DNA from: a bacterium
GTDB lineage: Bacteria > Zhuqueibacterota > QNDG01 > JAGLOF01
Length of the DNA stretch: 64,000 nucleotides
Assembly: GCA_023139105.1 (NCBI GenBank)
Contig: JAGLOF010000023.1
Span: 2,446 to 66,445 of the forward strand
Direction: 5' to 3'
Under the pieces are notes generated by a model. That model did no database searches, was not told the DNA's origin, and saw nothing but the letters and a program-made list of their open reading frames with translations. Of the stretch, positions 47,314 through 58,546 are shown in pieces. The position numbers were made by a program, and so were the translations under genes. Every line of letters starts with the position of its first letter. Positions within the stretch are counted from its first letter, which is position 1.

Positions 47314-48050
47314 AAAACAAATTTTTCCAGATTTTTGGGGATCCCAGTGAAAAATTTAACATTATTCACCTTATCTTGCCAGTCGTTTAAAATATTATCC
47401 AACAAATCTGTTGTGAGCTCATTATCTCCAGTTGAACAATAAACAGGCTCACCCAGAACAATCCTACATTTACTGAATGGTTTCGGGATTTGATACCGGT
47501 CCCATGTATTATTTAAGACCCACGAGTTGTCACAATGAGTTGCAATTGGAATAATTGAATTACGTGTTTTTTTAGCCAGGAAAATTATTCCTGGTTTGGA
47601 TTTATATATTGGTCCACGTGGTCCGTCAAGTGCCACACCAACATTTGAACCCCTTTCAATGGCTTTCTTCATACAAAGTAGTGCATGCATTCCTTTACGT
47701 TTACTTGAGCCTCTTGTAATTTGATATCCATATTTCTGTAAAAGAGTTGCGATAATACTCCCGATCCAACTTACATCAACCATGATTGTAGAATGCCATT
47801 TCCCAAAAAAAGGGACAAGAAGAAATTGACGTCCATGCCAGAAACCAAATAATTGTCCCTTATGGCCAGTCTCCAGGAAAGACGGATGACACTCATATCT
47901 AATTTTTAATGTAAAAAAATAAAACTTAAAAAACAACCAGCCACACCCAGCGAGAATATTAATAAATCCATCAGAATAAGTAATGCGCCTTCTTATCCTT
48001 TTAATTTTTTTTTTAAATCCCTGGTGTTTATCTACAGAAGAAACTGTCAT
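47310..48050 (-). CDS. DUF374-type lysophospholipid acyltransferase-like protein
   Basis: FGFWHGRQFLL, RGSSKRKGMHALL and VALDGPRGPIYKSKPGIIFLAKKT match the DUF374/COG2121 pattern. Confidence 0.65.
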   Translation of the reverse strand: MTVSSVDKHQGFKKKIKRIRRRITYSDGFINILAGCGWLFFKFYFFTLKIRYECHPSFLETGHKGQLFGFWHGRQFLLVPFFGKWHSTIMVDVSWIGSIIATLLQKYGYQITRGSSKRKGMHALLCMKKAIERGSNVGVALDGPRGPIYKSKPGIIFLAKKTRNSIIPIATHCDNSWVLNNTWDRYQIPKPFSKCRIVLGEPVYCSTGDNELTTDLLDNILNDWQDKVNNVKFFTGIPKNLEKFVL

Positions 48051-48604
48051 ATCATTATTCCAAATGTGGCTGTTACTATCTGTGGACGTGTAGATGGTTC
48101 AAAAAGCAAATGCCAGCGTAATTCAAAACGAGTTGCCCAGAATGTATGATAATTCCAGTTTGTCATGCCCAGTGTCAATCCACCGGTATTTAATGTGTGG
48201 AGTTTTTTATCAAAAAGTTGTTCATGTTGATAATAACCATATCCGATAGATACAAAACTTTCTTTTAACAGAAAACCCCTTAATTGAATCATCAGGTCAG
48301 CAGTAGCCCAATTCGTATTAAACTTTAGCTCACTATTTTTCCCGCTGGCTGTTCCCAAACTAAAACTATGAAGAGCATTTGCAGTTAATTGCAAAGCAAA
48401 ACGATGATTAAATCGAACAAAACTGAAGACATTGGCAGTTATTGCAACAGGCGGTCTGTAAACATTGAGCGGTACTTTAGGCAGCCCCACACCTGCCATG
48501 ATTCCTGCATGAATTGGCTTAAAAGCTGCCGGCTGAGCCATGACTGGTAAAACAGCTATAAAAATGAATATATATATGAAAAAAATTTTCATTGCATACT
48601 CCAT
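48047..48604 (-). CDS. Putative outer-membrane beta-barrel protein
   Basis: Signal peptide (IFIFIAVLPVMAQPA) followed by alternating amphipathic strands. No family-specific motif recognised. Confidence 0.45.
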   Translation of the reverse strand: MEYAMKIFFIYIFIFIAVLPVMAQPAAFKPIHAGIMAGVGLPKVPLNVYRPPVAITANVFSFVRFNHRFALQLTANALHSFSLGTASGKNSELKFNTNWATADLMIQLRGFLLKESFVSIGYGYYQHEQLFDKKLHTLNTGGLTLGMTNWNYHTFWATRFELRWHLLFEPSTRPQIVTATFGIMI

Positions 48605-48634
48605 ATTTACAAATAATTCAAATTAGTTTATAGA

Positions 48635-49852
48635 TCATTTATCAGACTTAGGCTCTTGATTATGGTTAAAAGGATTAAACGATTTCAATTCCTGCGAATT
48701 ACTACCTTGATGTATTTTTTCATATCCATATTTTATTCTGACTGCATCAACGGCCCTGGCAATTTTAGATCCGGATTTATGTTGCTTCTGAAATAAATTT
48801 TCTTGTATACCGGTGCTTAATTGCAATTGTGTAATCCCCACACCTACAAGTCGTACCGGAAGACCTGTAAACTCCTGCTCAATAAGTCTTAAACATTCAT
48901 CACGTATTATCTCTGCTAATTGAGTATTTTCTGTTAAAGTAGAGTGCCTTATTTTAGTAGAAAAATCCTGAAACCTAATCTTAAGAATTACAGTCTTGCC
49001 GGTTAGCCCGGATTGTCTTAATCTATATGCAACTTTATCAGATAAAGAAATAACAGTATCATGTACCAGCTGCCTGGAAATAGTATCATTAGAAAATGTT
49101 ATTTCATTACTTATTGATTTTGCTGTTCTGAAATTTAATACGGGTGAATTATCTTCACCCCTGCACATTGAGTAGAGAGATTGGCCAAAGCTACCAAATA
49201 TCCTTTCCAGAGACGTCATATCCAGTTGTTGAATATGACTTATTGTTGTAATTCCCAGTGATAAAAGCCTGGCTTCACTTTTTTTCCCGATACCGCTAAG
49301 TCTTCTAACAGGCAAAGGTGCTAAAAAGTCAAGTCTTTCTTCAGGTTTGACTAATACAAAACCATCGGGTTTATCATGATCCGATGCAATTTTAGCAATC
49401 ATTTTATTTGGGCCGATTCCCACTGAAGCGACTAATCCCTGTTCTGAAAGAATCCTATGCTTTATCTGTACTCCTATATCACATATATCACCAAACAGCC
49501 TAATAGATCCAGTTAAATCCAGGAAGGCTTCATCGAGACTAATTGGTTCTAGAATTGGTGTGTAATATTTGAAGATTTTCATTATATTCCTGCTGATAGA
49601 CATATAATGAGAGCCTCTCACAGGTAAAAAAATACCATGAGGGCATAGTTTAAAGGCTCTGGATATTGGTAATGCTGAATGAATGCCGAATTTACGAGCT
49701 TCATAGGAAGCAGCCGATACAACACCACGCCCGAGGCCATTCTTTGGATCAGCTCCTACAATTACAGGTTTATTCCTGTATTTTGAATTATCACGTTGTT
49801 CAATTGATGCATAGAATGCATCCATATCTACATGCATTATAGCGCGCTGCAT
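48635..49852 (-). CDS. dinB: DNA polymerase IV (Y-family)
   Basis: IMHVDMDAFYASIEQRDN, SLDEAFLDLTG and PVRRLSGIGKK. Confidence 0.95.
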   Translation of the reverse strand: MQRAIMHVDMDAFYASIEQRDNSKYRNKPVIVGADPKNGLGRGVVSAASYEARKFGIHSALPISRAFKLCPHGIFLPVRGSHYMSISRNIMKIFKYYTPILEPISLDEAFLDLTGSIRLFGDICDIGVQIKHRILSEQGLVASVGIGPNKMIAKIASDHDKPDGFVLVKPEERLDFLAPLPVRRLSGIGKKSEARLLSLGITTISHIQQLDMTSLERIFGSFGQSLYSMCRGEDNSPVLNFRTAKSISNEITFSNDTISRQLVHDTVISLSDKVAYRLRQSGLTGKTVILKIRFQDFSTKIRHSTLTENTQLAEIIRDECLRLIEQEFTGLPVRLVGVGITQLQLSTGIQENLFQKQHKSGSKIARAVDAVRIKYGYEKIHQGSNSQELKSFNPFNHNQEPKSDK

Positions 49853-49866
49853 GAGATTATTCCCTC

Positions 49867-50325
49867 TTATAAAATATTACTACACTCTAGTTGTCTGAAA
49901 TAGTCTGATAATATTTGTCTGTGATCGAAAACAATGTTTGAAGGTAGATTACCTTCAGTGAACAATCCAACATCCAAAGCATCATCTGCTGCCTTGGGAA
50001 TGCCCTCTGTACTGGCTACAAAAACTGTTGAAATAGTATGCAGACGTTTATCCCTGGCTGGATCCGAATATACACCAAGAAGATATTTTAATTGACATTT
50101 TAATGATGTCTCTTCTTCAGCTTCTCGCAATGCTGCTGCCTCAACAGATTCTTCATAATCAACAAAACCACCGGGGATTGCCCATCCATAAGGTATATTA
50201 CATCGCTTAATTAGGACTATCTTTTGATTAAGTTCTATTATAATATCAACTGTAGGTGTTGGATTTTTGTATTCTTTTAATACATTGCCACATTCAGGGC
50301 ATATTATTTTATTATGTTCAGACAT
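49867..50325 (-). CDS. NUDIX hydrolase with an N-terminal zinc-ribbon
   Basis: CPECGN near the N-terminus. Nudix box GGFVDYEESVEAAALREAEEETSL. Confidence 0.88.
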   Translation of the reverse strand: MSEHNKIICPECGNVLKEYKNPTPTVDIIIELNQKIVLIKRCNIPYGWAIPGGFVDYEESVEAAALREAEEETSLKCQLKYLLGVYSDPARDKRLHTISTVFVASTEGIPKAADDALDVGLFTEGNLPSNIVFDHRQILSDYFRQLECSNIL

Positions 50326-50327
50326 AT

Positions 50328-50798
50328 TTATTTATGATATTTTTCACCACGAATTATCGTATGTGCTCTGTAGAGCTGTTCAAGCATAATAATCCTGGCA
50401 AGTTCATGTGTTAAAGTAAGAGAAGACAATGAAAATCTCCAATTTGCTCTTTTTAATACATTGTCAGATAAACCTAATGGACCGCCTATGATAAAAAAAA
50501 TCTGCCTGATGGATTGATTTTGCCATGATTGTACTTTTTGGGCCAATTGTTCGGATGTGCATTTATCACCGTCTTTATCCAACACTACAACAAACGAAGA
50601 ATCATCTATTTTATCAAGTATTCTACGGCCTTCTAATTCTATTATATTCTTTGAAGTTACTTTAGACGAAATTTTCTGTCCTTTAACTATTATTTCATTG
50701 AAACGGACATAGTGTTTAAGTCTGTTTAAATATATTTTTTGTGCATCTATTACAAATTTTTCTTTTGATGCATCTATCCAGAGAAATGAATATTTCAT
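50328..50798 (-). CDS. rlmH: 23S rRNA (pseudouridine1915-N3)-methyltransferase
   Basis: FIIGGPLGLSDNVLKRANWRFSLSSLTLTHELARIIMLEQLYRA is the typical RlmH C-terminus. Confidence 0.9.
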   Translation of the reverse strand: MKYSFLWIDASKEKFVIDAQKIYLNRLKHYVRFNEIIVKGQKISSKVTSKNIIELEGRRILDKIDDSSFVVVLDKDGDKCTSEQLAQKVQSWQNQSIRQIFFIIGGPLGLSDNVLKRANWRFSLSSLTLTHELARIIMLEQLYRAHTIIRGEKYHK

Positions 50799-51181
50799 TA
50801 TTTAGGTGAAACTCCGGTTTGCAATAAAAAATTGATCTCATTAAGCCCTTCTTCTATCTCTATTAAGATCAATTTCAAATTTTTATGTCTATCGTGTGCA
50901 GCATGTACCTTTTCATTCAAAAGTTGTGCAATATATACATCTGTATAACCTTGACTTTTAAAATTAGTAATTTTAATAATTTTCTCAAGATCATCGGGTT
51001 TGTATAAACGCCTTCCGGTTCTATGTCTAATAGATTTGACTTGTGGGAATCTTAATTCCAAAGATTTTAATTGCTGTACAGTAAGTCCGGTTTCTTCAGA
51101 AACATCTTTGGCAGTAAAATAGAGCCGGCGGATTTTAGGGCCTTTCATGAAATATCCTTCCAGCTTTAGTTCATCCTGCAT
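50798..51181 (-). CDS. MerR-family helix-turn-helix transcriptional regulator
   Basis: LYFTAKDVSEETGLTVQQLKSLELRFPQVKSIRHRTGRRLYKPDDLEKI. The true start is probably the internal MKGPKIRR. Confidence 0.65.
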   Translation of the reverse strand: MQDELKLEGYFMKGPKIRRLYFTAKDVSEETGLTVQQLKSLELRFPQVKSIRHRTGRRLYKPDDLEKIIKITNFKSQGYTDVYIAQLLNEKVHAAHDRHKNLKLILIEIEEGLNEINFLLQTGVSPK

Positions 51182-51993
51182 TTTTTCGATGAAGAAGGAT
51201 CAGCCATGGGTCTAGCCGGTTTAACAATGGCTGTACCATGAGAAAAAAAGTTAATAATTCTCAACTTAATTAATTCAAGTTTTGTCCATAAATTATTGCC
51301 GCATTTAGCTTTAATTGTAAATATTGTATCAAAAAGATAACAAGCTTTTCTTTCAATTACAATGATTTCTTTATAATTTGTAGTAATTTTAGAGTTCCAA
51401 AATACGCAGATACGTTGATAGCCGGAATTTATGGCAGTCTGAAGGACATGTTTATTATATCTGCCAAAGGGTGGTGCTATAGAATTGATAACTGTATTTA
51501 ACCTTGATTCTAGTTCAATCTTAGATTGTAAACATTCTTTCTTGATTCTTTTACTTGAAATCCGGGTAAGATCAGGATGGCATTCAGTGTGAGAGCCTAT
51601 CTCCCATCCGGCAGCCACCAATTGCTCAAGTTGATGCCATGAGGCGTGCTTGAAAAGTTTTCCTCCAAGGTTAACATCCCAGTAATTATTTTTTCCAATA
51701 AATTGTGTAATTACAAAGATAGTTGCTTTCATATTAAATTTTTTCAAAATTGGGAATGCATATTTAAATACAGAATCATAAGCATCATCAAAATGTATCA
51801 TGATCGGCTTTAAAGGTAATTCTTCAGGCCGATCAAGATCATTCGTCGTGATAGTCTCGTAACCTGCTTCTGATAAGTACCTGATAATTTTATAAAATTT
51901 ATGAGGCGACACACGAGTGACGCCCCATTCAAATTTATTATCAATTTTATGAAATGCCAATGCAGGAATATGTATATAGGACAGAGTATTCAA
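51166..51993 (-). CDS. Polysaccharide deacetylase (NodB/CE4)
   Basis: MIHFDDAYDS (Asp-Asp motif) and GSHTECHPDL (His-x-x-x-His). Confidence 0.85.
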   Translation of the reverse strand: MNTLSYIHIPALAFHKIDNKFEWGVTRVSPHKFYKIIRYLSEAGYETITTNDLDRPEELPLKPIMIHFDDAYDSVFKYAFPILKKFNMKATIFVITQFIGKNNYWDVNLGGKLFKHASWHQLEQLVAAGWEIGSHTECHPDLTRISSKRIKKECLQSKIELESRLNTVINSIAPPFGRYNKHVLQTAINSGYQRICVFWNSKITTNYKEIIVIERKACYLFDTIFTIKAKCGNNLWTKLELIKLRIINFFSHGTAIVKPARPMADPSSSKKCRMN

Positions 51994-52001
51994 TCAATCC
52001 C

Positions 52002-53216
52002 CTATTTACAATTGTAAGTTTTTACCGCCTTTTTCAAAATTTCAACTGCCCGCAATAAATCGGTCTGATTCAGAACATAAGCTATTCTGGCTTCCTGGCT
52101 TCCTCTTCCTGTAGTAGCATAAAAACCGGGGCCCGGAGCCATCATAACTGTTTCGCCATTATCATCGAAATCGGCCAGCAGCCAACGTGTAAAGTCTTCT
52201 ATGTCTTTAACTGGAAAGGTAACCATCATATAAAATGCGCCGCCAGGTTTCTTAACTTCGACACCTTCAATTTGCATTAATCCATCATAAAGTACGTTAC
52301 GACGCTGTTTATATTCTTCCAACATATCGTCAAAATATTTATCACCTACTTCTACAACAGCTGCAGATCCTATCTGCTCCAATGTTGGAGGACATAATCT
52401 GGCCTGCCCGAATTTAAGCACTGTCTGCATAAATTCTGTATTCTTTGATACAATACACCCGATTCTTGCGCCACAGGCACTATAGCGTTTTGACAGACTA
52501 TCCATTACTATTGCATGATCTGCCAATTCCGGGAATGACAGTATACTGATTGCAGGATTCTCAAAAGCAAATTCTCTATATACTTCGTCTGATAGAACGT
52601 ACAGGCCATGTTTGATGGCTATATCTTTAATTCTGCTCATTTCTTCGTGGTTGAAGACAGTACCAGTAGGATTATTAGGAGAACAGATCAAAATGGCTTT
52701 GGTTTTTTCAGTAATCATTTTTTCGATATCTTCTTTGGAAGGCATGCGATAACCATCATGAGGATCTGTACCAACAGGAACAATTTTAATACCTGCCATT
52801 GAAGCAAAACCATTGTAATTCGGATAAAACGGTTCAAATGTAATTATTTCATCACCCGGTGATGTCACAGCCATCATTGAAAAGATGATAGCCTCACTGC
52901 CTCCTGTAGTTACCATAATATCTTCAGTTTCTAAATGGGTCAGATTACAGCGATGATAATAATCTCGTAATTGTTTAAGAAATATGGGGATTCCATTTGA
53001 TGGATTATAGGCAACAACTTTTTCTTCATATTGATGAATAGCATTAAAAAACTCCTGGGGAGTTTCAATATCAGGTTGGCCTATGTTCAAGTGATAAACT
53101 TTAAAACCTTTTTTTTTGGCTTGTTCAGCATATGGAGCAAGTTTTCTAATAGGCGATGCTGGTGTTAGGTATCCACGTTGAGAGATAGTGGGTTGTTTCA
53201 TTCTCCACTCCTTCAC
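52002..53216 (-). CDS. Class I/II PLP-dependent aminotransferase (aspartate aminotransferase-like)
   Basis: LICSPNNPTGTVF and MDSLSKRYSACGARIGC (PLP lysine motif). Confidence 0.85.
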   Translation of the reverse strand: MKEWRMKQPTISQRGYLTPASPIRKLAPYAEQAKKKGFKVYHLNIGQPDIETPQEFFNAIHQYEEKVVAYNPSNGIPIFLKQLRDYYHRCNLTHLETEDIMVTTGGSEAIIFSMMAVTSPGDEIITFEPFYPNYNGFASMAGIKIVPVGTDPHDGYRMPSKEDIEKMITEKTKAILICSPNNPTGTVFNHEEMSRIKDIAIKHGLYVLSDEVYREFAFENPAISILSFPELADHAIVMDSLSKRYSACGARIGCIVSKNTEFMQTVLKFGQARLCPPTLEQIGSAAVVEVGDKYFDDMLEEYKQRRNVLYDGLMQIEGVEVKKPGGAFYMMVTFPVKDIEDFTRWLLADFDDNGETVMMAPGPGFYATTGRGSQEARIAYVLNQTDLLRAVEILKKAVKTYNCK

Positions 53217-53225
53217 ACTAAAGCG

Positions 53226-54449
53226 CTAGGGTTCAATGATGGCAGAAAACCATCTATTAGAATTGAGATATTGTCTTAATACATCTTGAATATTCTGTGT
53301 AGTAATTGATTTGAATCTATTTATAATTGTATTATCTTCAAAAAATTTCCCGTAATGAATCTCCATTTTTGCAAGACGCTGCATCCGTATATGCGAATCT
53401 TCCGAAGCGAGTTGAAAACCAAAAACAATTTGATCTTTTATGCGTAACAGATCTTCCTCTGTCATGCTAATGTCTACAAAATCATTGGTTATATTCTTAA
53501 CCATCGAAACAGCTTTGCTTCTGTTTTTAGGCGATGTCCCGAAATATATGCCTGTTTGACTGGTGTCATGGTAAAAATCATTCCAGGAATATATAGTATA
53601 TACAAGGCCTGATTCTTCCCTTAGTTGCTGAAAAAGCAATGATGCCATTCCACCACCAAGATATGTATTGCCCAGTATGATTGAATACTTTTCATTATCG
53701 GTATAAGAAGGGCCAGCTACACCCAATGCTACATGAGATTGAGATATATCTTTATTGTGAATGATATCGGTTGGAACTCCTGATTTTGTCCTCATATGAC
53801 CGTTACTATCGCCTGGTTTCATGTTACCAAACAATGCTTCCACCTTCTGAACAAAAACATCATGATCTACATCTCCGGCAGCAGAGATAATTATATGTGA
53901 TGCATTATACCATTTCTCTCTGTATCTGAATAAATCATCTTGTGAGATTGTGGCAAGCGTTTCCTCTGAACCTAAAACAGGGCGACCCATGGCATCATCC
54001 GGATACATTGAAGACATTAAATTGTCTACAACTTGATCTTCAGGACTATCCTCAAGACTTAATATTTCTTCAGCAACTACCGCTTTCTCTATTTCAATAT
54101 CTTTTTTACTGATTCTGGCCTTCTGCGTCAGATCAGATAGCACTTCAAGTGCATCGTCTATGTGCCTGCTGAGACTGTGAGTATAGTAACATGTATACTC
54201 TCTATCTGTTACTGCATTGAGGCTGCCCCCCAATGACTCAAGTGAAACAGCTATATCATAACCGGAACGATGTTCAGTTCCTTTGAAAACCAAATGTTCC
54301 AATAGATGAGATATACCGGTTAAATGTATATCTTCATCTACAGAACCACACAAGATCCAAATGCCCAGGGCCACAGAATGTGTCTGATCCATCGTCTCAG
54401 ATACAATTCGCAGCCCGTTGGGCAATATAGTTTTATTAAATTGAGACAT
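53226..54449 (-). CDS. M16-family zinc peptidase (insulinase-like)
   Basis: GISHLLEHLVFKGT (the inverted HxxEH zinc motif). Confidence 0.9.
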   Translation of the reverse strand: MSQFNKTILPNGLRIVSETMDQTHSVALGIWILCGSVDEDIHLTGISHLLEHLVFKGTEHRSGYDIAVSLESLGGSLNAVTDREYTCYYTHSLSRHIDDALEVLSDLTQKARISKKDIEIEKAVVAEEILSLEDSPEDQVVDNLMSSMYPDDAMGRPVLGSEETLATISQDDLFRYREKWYNASHIIISAAGDVDHDVFVQKVEALFGNMKPGDSNGHMRTKSGVPTDIIHNKDISQSHVALGVAGPSYTDNEKYSIILGNTYLGGGMASLLFQQLREESGLVYTIYSWNDFYHDTSQTGIYFGTSPKNRSKAVSMVKNITNDFVDISMTEEDLLRIKDQIVFGFQLASEDSHIRMQRLAKMEIHYGKFFEDNTIINRFKSITTQNIQDVLRQYLNSNRWFSAIIEP

Positions 54450-56533
54450 TACTCACCGGATGAATCTTTCATCAGTACTTTACGGCTGAGATCCATCTTA
54501 CCATCAGGAGTAATTTTAAGAAGCTTTACTTCAATCTCCTGACCTACCTTAAGATGATCTTCAACACGATTAACGCGTTTAATATCAATCTCGGAAATAT
54601 GTAAGAGACCCTCTTTACCGGGGATAATTTCAACAAAGGCACCAAAATTAGTAATCTTTTTAACACGTCCTTTGTAGACCATGCCAGGTTCCGGCTTTGC
54701 AGTAATTGCCCTTATCATTTCTATGGCAGCATTGCAAGATTCTTCTTCAGATGAAGCAATTTGTATTGTACCATCATCCTCGATATTAACCTCAGCACCG
54801 GATTTTTCAACAATCTCACGAATCATCTTACCACCGGGGCCGATAATTGCTCCAATATCATCAACATCTATGCGTATTGCTGTTATACGAGGAGCGTATG
54901 GCGAAAGATTTTCTCTATGTGTGTCAAGAGTCTCATTCATCTTACCCAAAATATGCAATCTGGCAATACGTGCTTTTTCCAGAGCTTCACTCATTAATTC
55001 CTTAGAAATTCCGGCAATTTTAATATCCATCTGGAATGCATTGATACCATCTTTTGTTCCGGCAACTTTGAAGTCCATGTCACCGAGGTGATCTTCATCG
55101 CCTAAAATATCTGTTAATATGGCAGCTCTATCACCTTCTTTAACCATGCCCATTGCAACACCGGCCACAGGCGATTTAATCGGAACACCTGCATCCATCA
55201 ATGATAAACAACCAGCACAGACAGTGGCCATAGATGAGGAACCATTGGATTCCAGAATTTCAGAGACAATGCGCAAAGTATAAGGGAACATCTCTTCACC
55301 GGGAATAACCGGCTTCAACGCACGTTCTGCAAGGTTTCCATGTCCAATTTCGCGGCGGCTTGTAAAACCCATTCGCTTTACTTCGCCAACACTGTAAGGT
55401 GGAAAGTTGTAGTGCAGCATATAGCTTTTCCATGACTCTCCGTCAAGGCCTTCTACTCTCTGCTCATCAGATTTTGTACCTAAAGTTGTTACTGAAAGAC
55501 TCTGAGTTTCTCCACGTGTAAAGACAGCAGAACCATGTGTACGTGGCAGAACAGATGTCTCACACTCAATATTTCTAACATCATCAAGACCACGTCCATC
55601 AATACGCTTACCATTCAAAATCATTTCCCGAACCATATCTTTTTCTACATCATGAATAATATTTGAGATTATTCGTTCCATATCGGGATATTCTTCGGCT
55701 AGAGTCTCTTTAATTTCAGTATATACGGCTTTAACAGCATCACGCCTGGGCATCTTTTCTTTTGTAGTGACAGCTTGCAACATCTTGGCTTCAACCAACT
55801 TTGTCACTTTAGCCACTAATTCTTCATTAACCTCTTTTGGTGTTACCTGTCGCTTGGTTTTACCAACTTCAGTAACCAGCTCATTTTGCAGCTCAACAAT
55901 TTTTCTGATTGCATCGTGGCCAAAATCAAGAGCTTCCAACATATCTGCTTCTGATATTTCATCGGCTTCACCTTCAACCATTGCAATTGCATCAGAAGAT
56001 GCGGCAATAATTGTATTCATATCACTATCATCCAACTCGGTGAAGGTTGGATTAATAATCAGTTCACCATCGATACGACCAACACGTGCAGCTGCAATCG
56101 GCCCATCAAAGGGAATATCGGAAATAGAAAGTGCTGCAGAAGTACCAATAGTTCCAAGTATATCAGCATCATTTTCTTTGTCAGCAGAGAGTACTGTAAC
56201 TACTACCTGTACTTCATATGGAAAATGCCCCGGGAATAGCGGCCGTATGGGGCGATCAATTAGCCTGGCACTTAGAACCTCTTTCTCATGAGGCTTTCCT
56301 TCACGTTTGAAAAAACCACCTGGAATTTTGCCTACAGCATATGTTTTCTCACGGTATTCTACGGAAAGAGGAAAGAAACCTCTATCTTCAACGGCATCTT
56401 TCGTGGCAACAACAGTTGCTAATACAACTGTATCGCCATACTGAACTACTACCGAACCATCGGCCTGTTTAGCCAGGCGTCCTGTTTCAATAGATAACGT
56501 TCTACCACCAAGTTCAATGCTTTTCTTTATCAT
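54449..56533 (-). CDS. pnp: Polyribonucleotide nucleotidyltransferase (PNPase)
   Basis: Two RNase PH domains, a KH domain ([15 protein letters not shown]) and an S1 domain ([17 protein letters not shown]). Conserved rpsO-pnp synteny. Confidence 0.97.
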   Translation of the reverse strand: MIKKSIELGGRTLSIETGRLAKQADGSVVVQYGDTVVLATVVATKDAVEDRGFFPLSVEYREKTYAVGKIPGGFFKREGKPHEKEVLSARLIDRPIRPLFPGHFPYEVQVVVTVLSADKENDADILGTIGTSAALSISDIPFDGPIAAARVGRIDGELIINPTFTELDDSDMNTIIAASSDAIAMVEGEADEISEADMLEALDFGHDAIRKIVELQNELVTEVGKTKRQVTPKEVNEELVAKVTKLVEAKMLQAVTTKEKMPRRDAVKAVYTEIKETLAEEYPDMERIISNIIHDVEKDMVREMILNGKRIDGRGLDDVRNIECETSVLPRTHGSAVFTRGETQSLSVTTLGTKSDEQRVEGLDGESWKSYMLHYNFPPYSVGEVKRMGFTSRREIGHGNLAERALKPVIPGEEMFPYTLRIVSEILESNGSSSMATVCAGCLSLMDAGVPIKSPVAGVAMGMVKEGDRAAILTDILGDEDHLGDMDFKVAGTKDGINAFQMDIKIAGISKELMSEALEKARIARLHILGKMNETLDTHRENLSPYAPRITAIRIDVDDIGAIIGPGGKMIREIVEKSGAEVNIEDDGTIQIASSEEESCNAAIEMIRAITAKPEPGMVYKGRVKKITNFGAFVEIIPGKEGLLHISEIDIKRVNRVEDHLKVGQEIEVKLLKITPDGKMDLSRKVLMKDSSGE

Positions 56534-56548
56534 CTGTCTTCTCCTAAC

Positions 56549-56566
56549 TCACAGCGGTCGCTGTGA
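56549..56566 (-). promoter_or_regulatory. pnp leader hairpin next to the RBS
   Basis: TCACAGCGGTCGCTGTGA forms a 7-bp stem with a 4-nt loop. It lies 5 nt upstream of the GGAGAAG Shine-Dalgarno (56544-56538) of pnp. Confidence 0.4.
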
Positions 56567-56584
56567 AATCCTGTATTGTCGAAA

Positions 56585-56620
56585 TAGTAAAACCGGTAAC
56601 CTTCGATTTAAGGTTACCGG
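56585..56620 (-). terminator. rpsO terminator/attenuator
   Basis: Perfect 11-bp stem CCGGTAACCTT/AAGGTTACCGG (56593-56603 / 56610-56620) with a 6-nt loop. It is followed on the minus strand by TTTTACTATTT and sits 10 nt after the rpsO stop. Confidence 0.8.
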
Positions 56621-56629
56621 AAAATATAT

Positions 56630-56902
56630 TTATCGACGTATGCCCAGCTCTTTAATCAAAATACGATACTCTTCGATTTTATTTTTAGCCAGGTAATCTA
56701 GTAAGCGACGTCGCTTACCTACCAACTTTAAAAGTCCGCGTCGTGAATGATGATCTTTTTTGTGGATCTTGAAATGCTCGGTCAACTCACGAATACGCTC
56801 GGTAAAGAGTGCAATTTGAACCTTGGTATTACCAGTGTCTTTCTCATTTGCACCGAACTGTTTTGCCAGCTCTCCGACGCGGTCATTGTTTAATGTGGTC
56901 AT
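56630..56902 (-). CDS. rpsO: 30S ribosomal protein S15
   Basis: [48 protein letters not shown]. Confidence 0.95.
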   Translation of the reverse strand: MTTLNNDRVGELAKQFGANEKDTGNTKVQIALFTERIRELTEHFKIHKKDHHSRRGLLKLVGKRRRLLDYLAKNKIEEYRILIKELGIRR

Positions 56903-57852
56903 GCTTTGTGTACCTCCTGAAATAGGGTATTATCAAGTAATCCCAAAGAAGAAATTTGATCACGGCAAAGTTGCGCTTTCAATACCTCTAAGGAATCGAA
57001 CCGTTTTTCATCTCTAATTCTATGCACAAACTCTATTGTAATCATAGAATTATAAATATTTTCATCAAAATCAAATAAATTTACTTCAATGTTTCTTTCA
57101 GATCCAGGTATTGATGGTTTATGGCCAATATTGGCCATGCCCTTATACCAGCCATGCTGGTGACAAATTCTAACTGCATAAACACCATCACCGGGAATAA
57201 GCTTTTCAATATTGATCAGCTGTAAATTGGCAGTTGGGAAACCAATCTTTCTTCCTATTCCCTGGCCTTTTACCACAATTCCAGATAATGTATGATATCT
57301 CCCCAGCATGAATGCGGCATTTTGCACATCACCGTCAAGCAATGTATTTCTAATACGTGTACTGCTGATGGGCTTATTATCATATTGTACCGGTGCAATA
57401 ACAGATACAGTAAAATCATATTGATTACCCAGTTGCCTGAGATTATCTTCATGACCCTGTCGCTGTTTACCAAAAGCATGGTTATAACCAACTACAAGAT
57501 GCTTAATTTGCAGACGATCAACAAGTATTTTTTTCACAAACTCTTCAGGTGATAATGCCGCTAAATTCATATCAAAGTGAAGTATCAATAATGCTTGGAG
57601 ATCTAACTTTGATAATGCATTAGCTTTCTCATCCTGACCGTTTAATAGTCCTATATTACTTTCAGGCCTGAGCACTTGCTGTGGATACGGATTGAAAGTA
57701 ATGACTACACTGCGTCCATTAAGCACATTTGCAGCTTGAACCGTTGATGTTATAATCTTTTGGTGCCCCAGATGTACACCATCAAAAGTTCCAATTGTAA
57801 CTGCCGTACCAAAATGATCAGGCAGATTATTTAGTCCGTTATACTGTTTCAT
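56899..57852 (-). CDS. ribF: Bifunctional riboflavin kinase / FAD synthetase
   Basis: [26 protein letters not shown] and the EVNLFDFD pattern. Confidence 0.93.
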   Translation of the reverse strand: MKQYNGLNNLPDHFGTAVTIGTFDGVHLGHQKIITSTVQAANVLNGRSVVITFNPYPQQVLRPESNIGLLNGQDEKANALSKLDLQALLILHFDMNLAALSPEEFVKKILVDRLQIKHLVVGYNHAFGKQRQGHEDNLRQLGNQYDFTVSVIAPVQYDNKPISSTRIRNTLLDGDVQNAAFMLGRYHTLSGIVVKGQGIGRKIGFPTANLQLINIEKLIPGDGVYAVRICHQHGWYKGMANIGHKPSIPGSERNIEVNLFDFDENIYNSMITIEFVHRIRDEKRFDSLEVLKAQLCRDQISSLGLLDNTLFQEVHKA

Positions 57853-58546
57853 GCCGATTTAAAACAGCTTCTTTCAAATTATCCATTGACCATGCATTTT
57901 CAACTTTAGCATCGCCAATCGCAGTACGTACCAACGAGCTTAGATGGCCACCACACCCAATCTTATCGCCTAAATCACGGGCCAGAGATCTAATATATGT
58001 TCCTTTTCCGCAATGAACTTTTATTTCAAGTTCCGGCAGACCTACACGTATCAATTCAATATCATATATTTCAACTTGCCGGGCCTCTCTTTCAACGACA
58101 AGCCCCTTACGTGCTAATTTATATAGACGTTTTCCGTCTTTCTTTAATGCAGAAAACATGGGTGGAACTTGATCTATTGTACCGACAAATTCTGAGAGCA
58201 ATGTTCGTATATCATCAATATCCAGCATAGGTACTGGTTTGACTTCTAAGACTTCCCCCTCGGCATCATCTGTACTGGTCGATTGTCCCAGGCGGATAGT
58301 TGCAACATATTCTTTTGACTGACCGACAAATTCATTCACCTGTTTTGTGGCCTTACCCGTGCATACAATTAAAACACCTGTAGCCAACGGATCAAGAGTG
58401 CCGGCGTGTCCTACTTTTTTACACTGTGTCCAACCACGTACTTTTCTTACTACTCCAAATGAAGTAATGCCTGAAGGTTTGTTGATATTGAGCACAGTTC
58501 CGGCAGCAAAATCTATATGAGCCAGATTTTCTCCATTTTCTATCAA
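57839..58546 (-). CDS. truB: tRNA pseudouridine(55) synthase
   Basis: KVGHAGTLDPLATGVLIVCTGKATK, with the catalytic Asp motif. Confidence 0.95.
   Translation of the reverse strand: MIENGENLAHIDFAAGTVLNINKPSGITSFGVVRKVRGWTQCKKVGHAGTLDPLATGVLIVCTGKATKQVNEFVGQSKEYVATIRLGQSTSTDDAEGEVLEVKPVPMLDIDDIRTLLSEFVGTIDQVPPMFSALKKDGKRLYKLARKGLVVEREARQVEIYDIELIRVGLPELEIKVHCGKGTYIRSLARDLGDKIGCGGHLSSLVRTAIGDAKVENAWSMDNLKEAVLNRHETV

Noticed and set aside
54681-56291. Plus-strand ORFs of 136, 78 and 174 aa inside pnp
   Set aside because: They are antisense shadows of a highly conserved PNPase frame, with Ser/Ile-rich nonsense composition and no RBS context.
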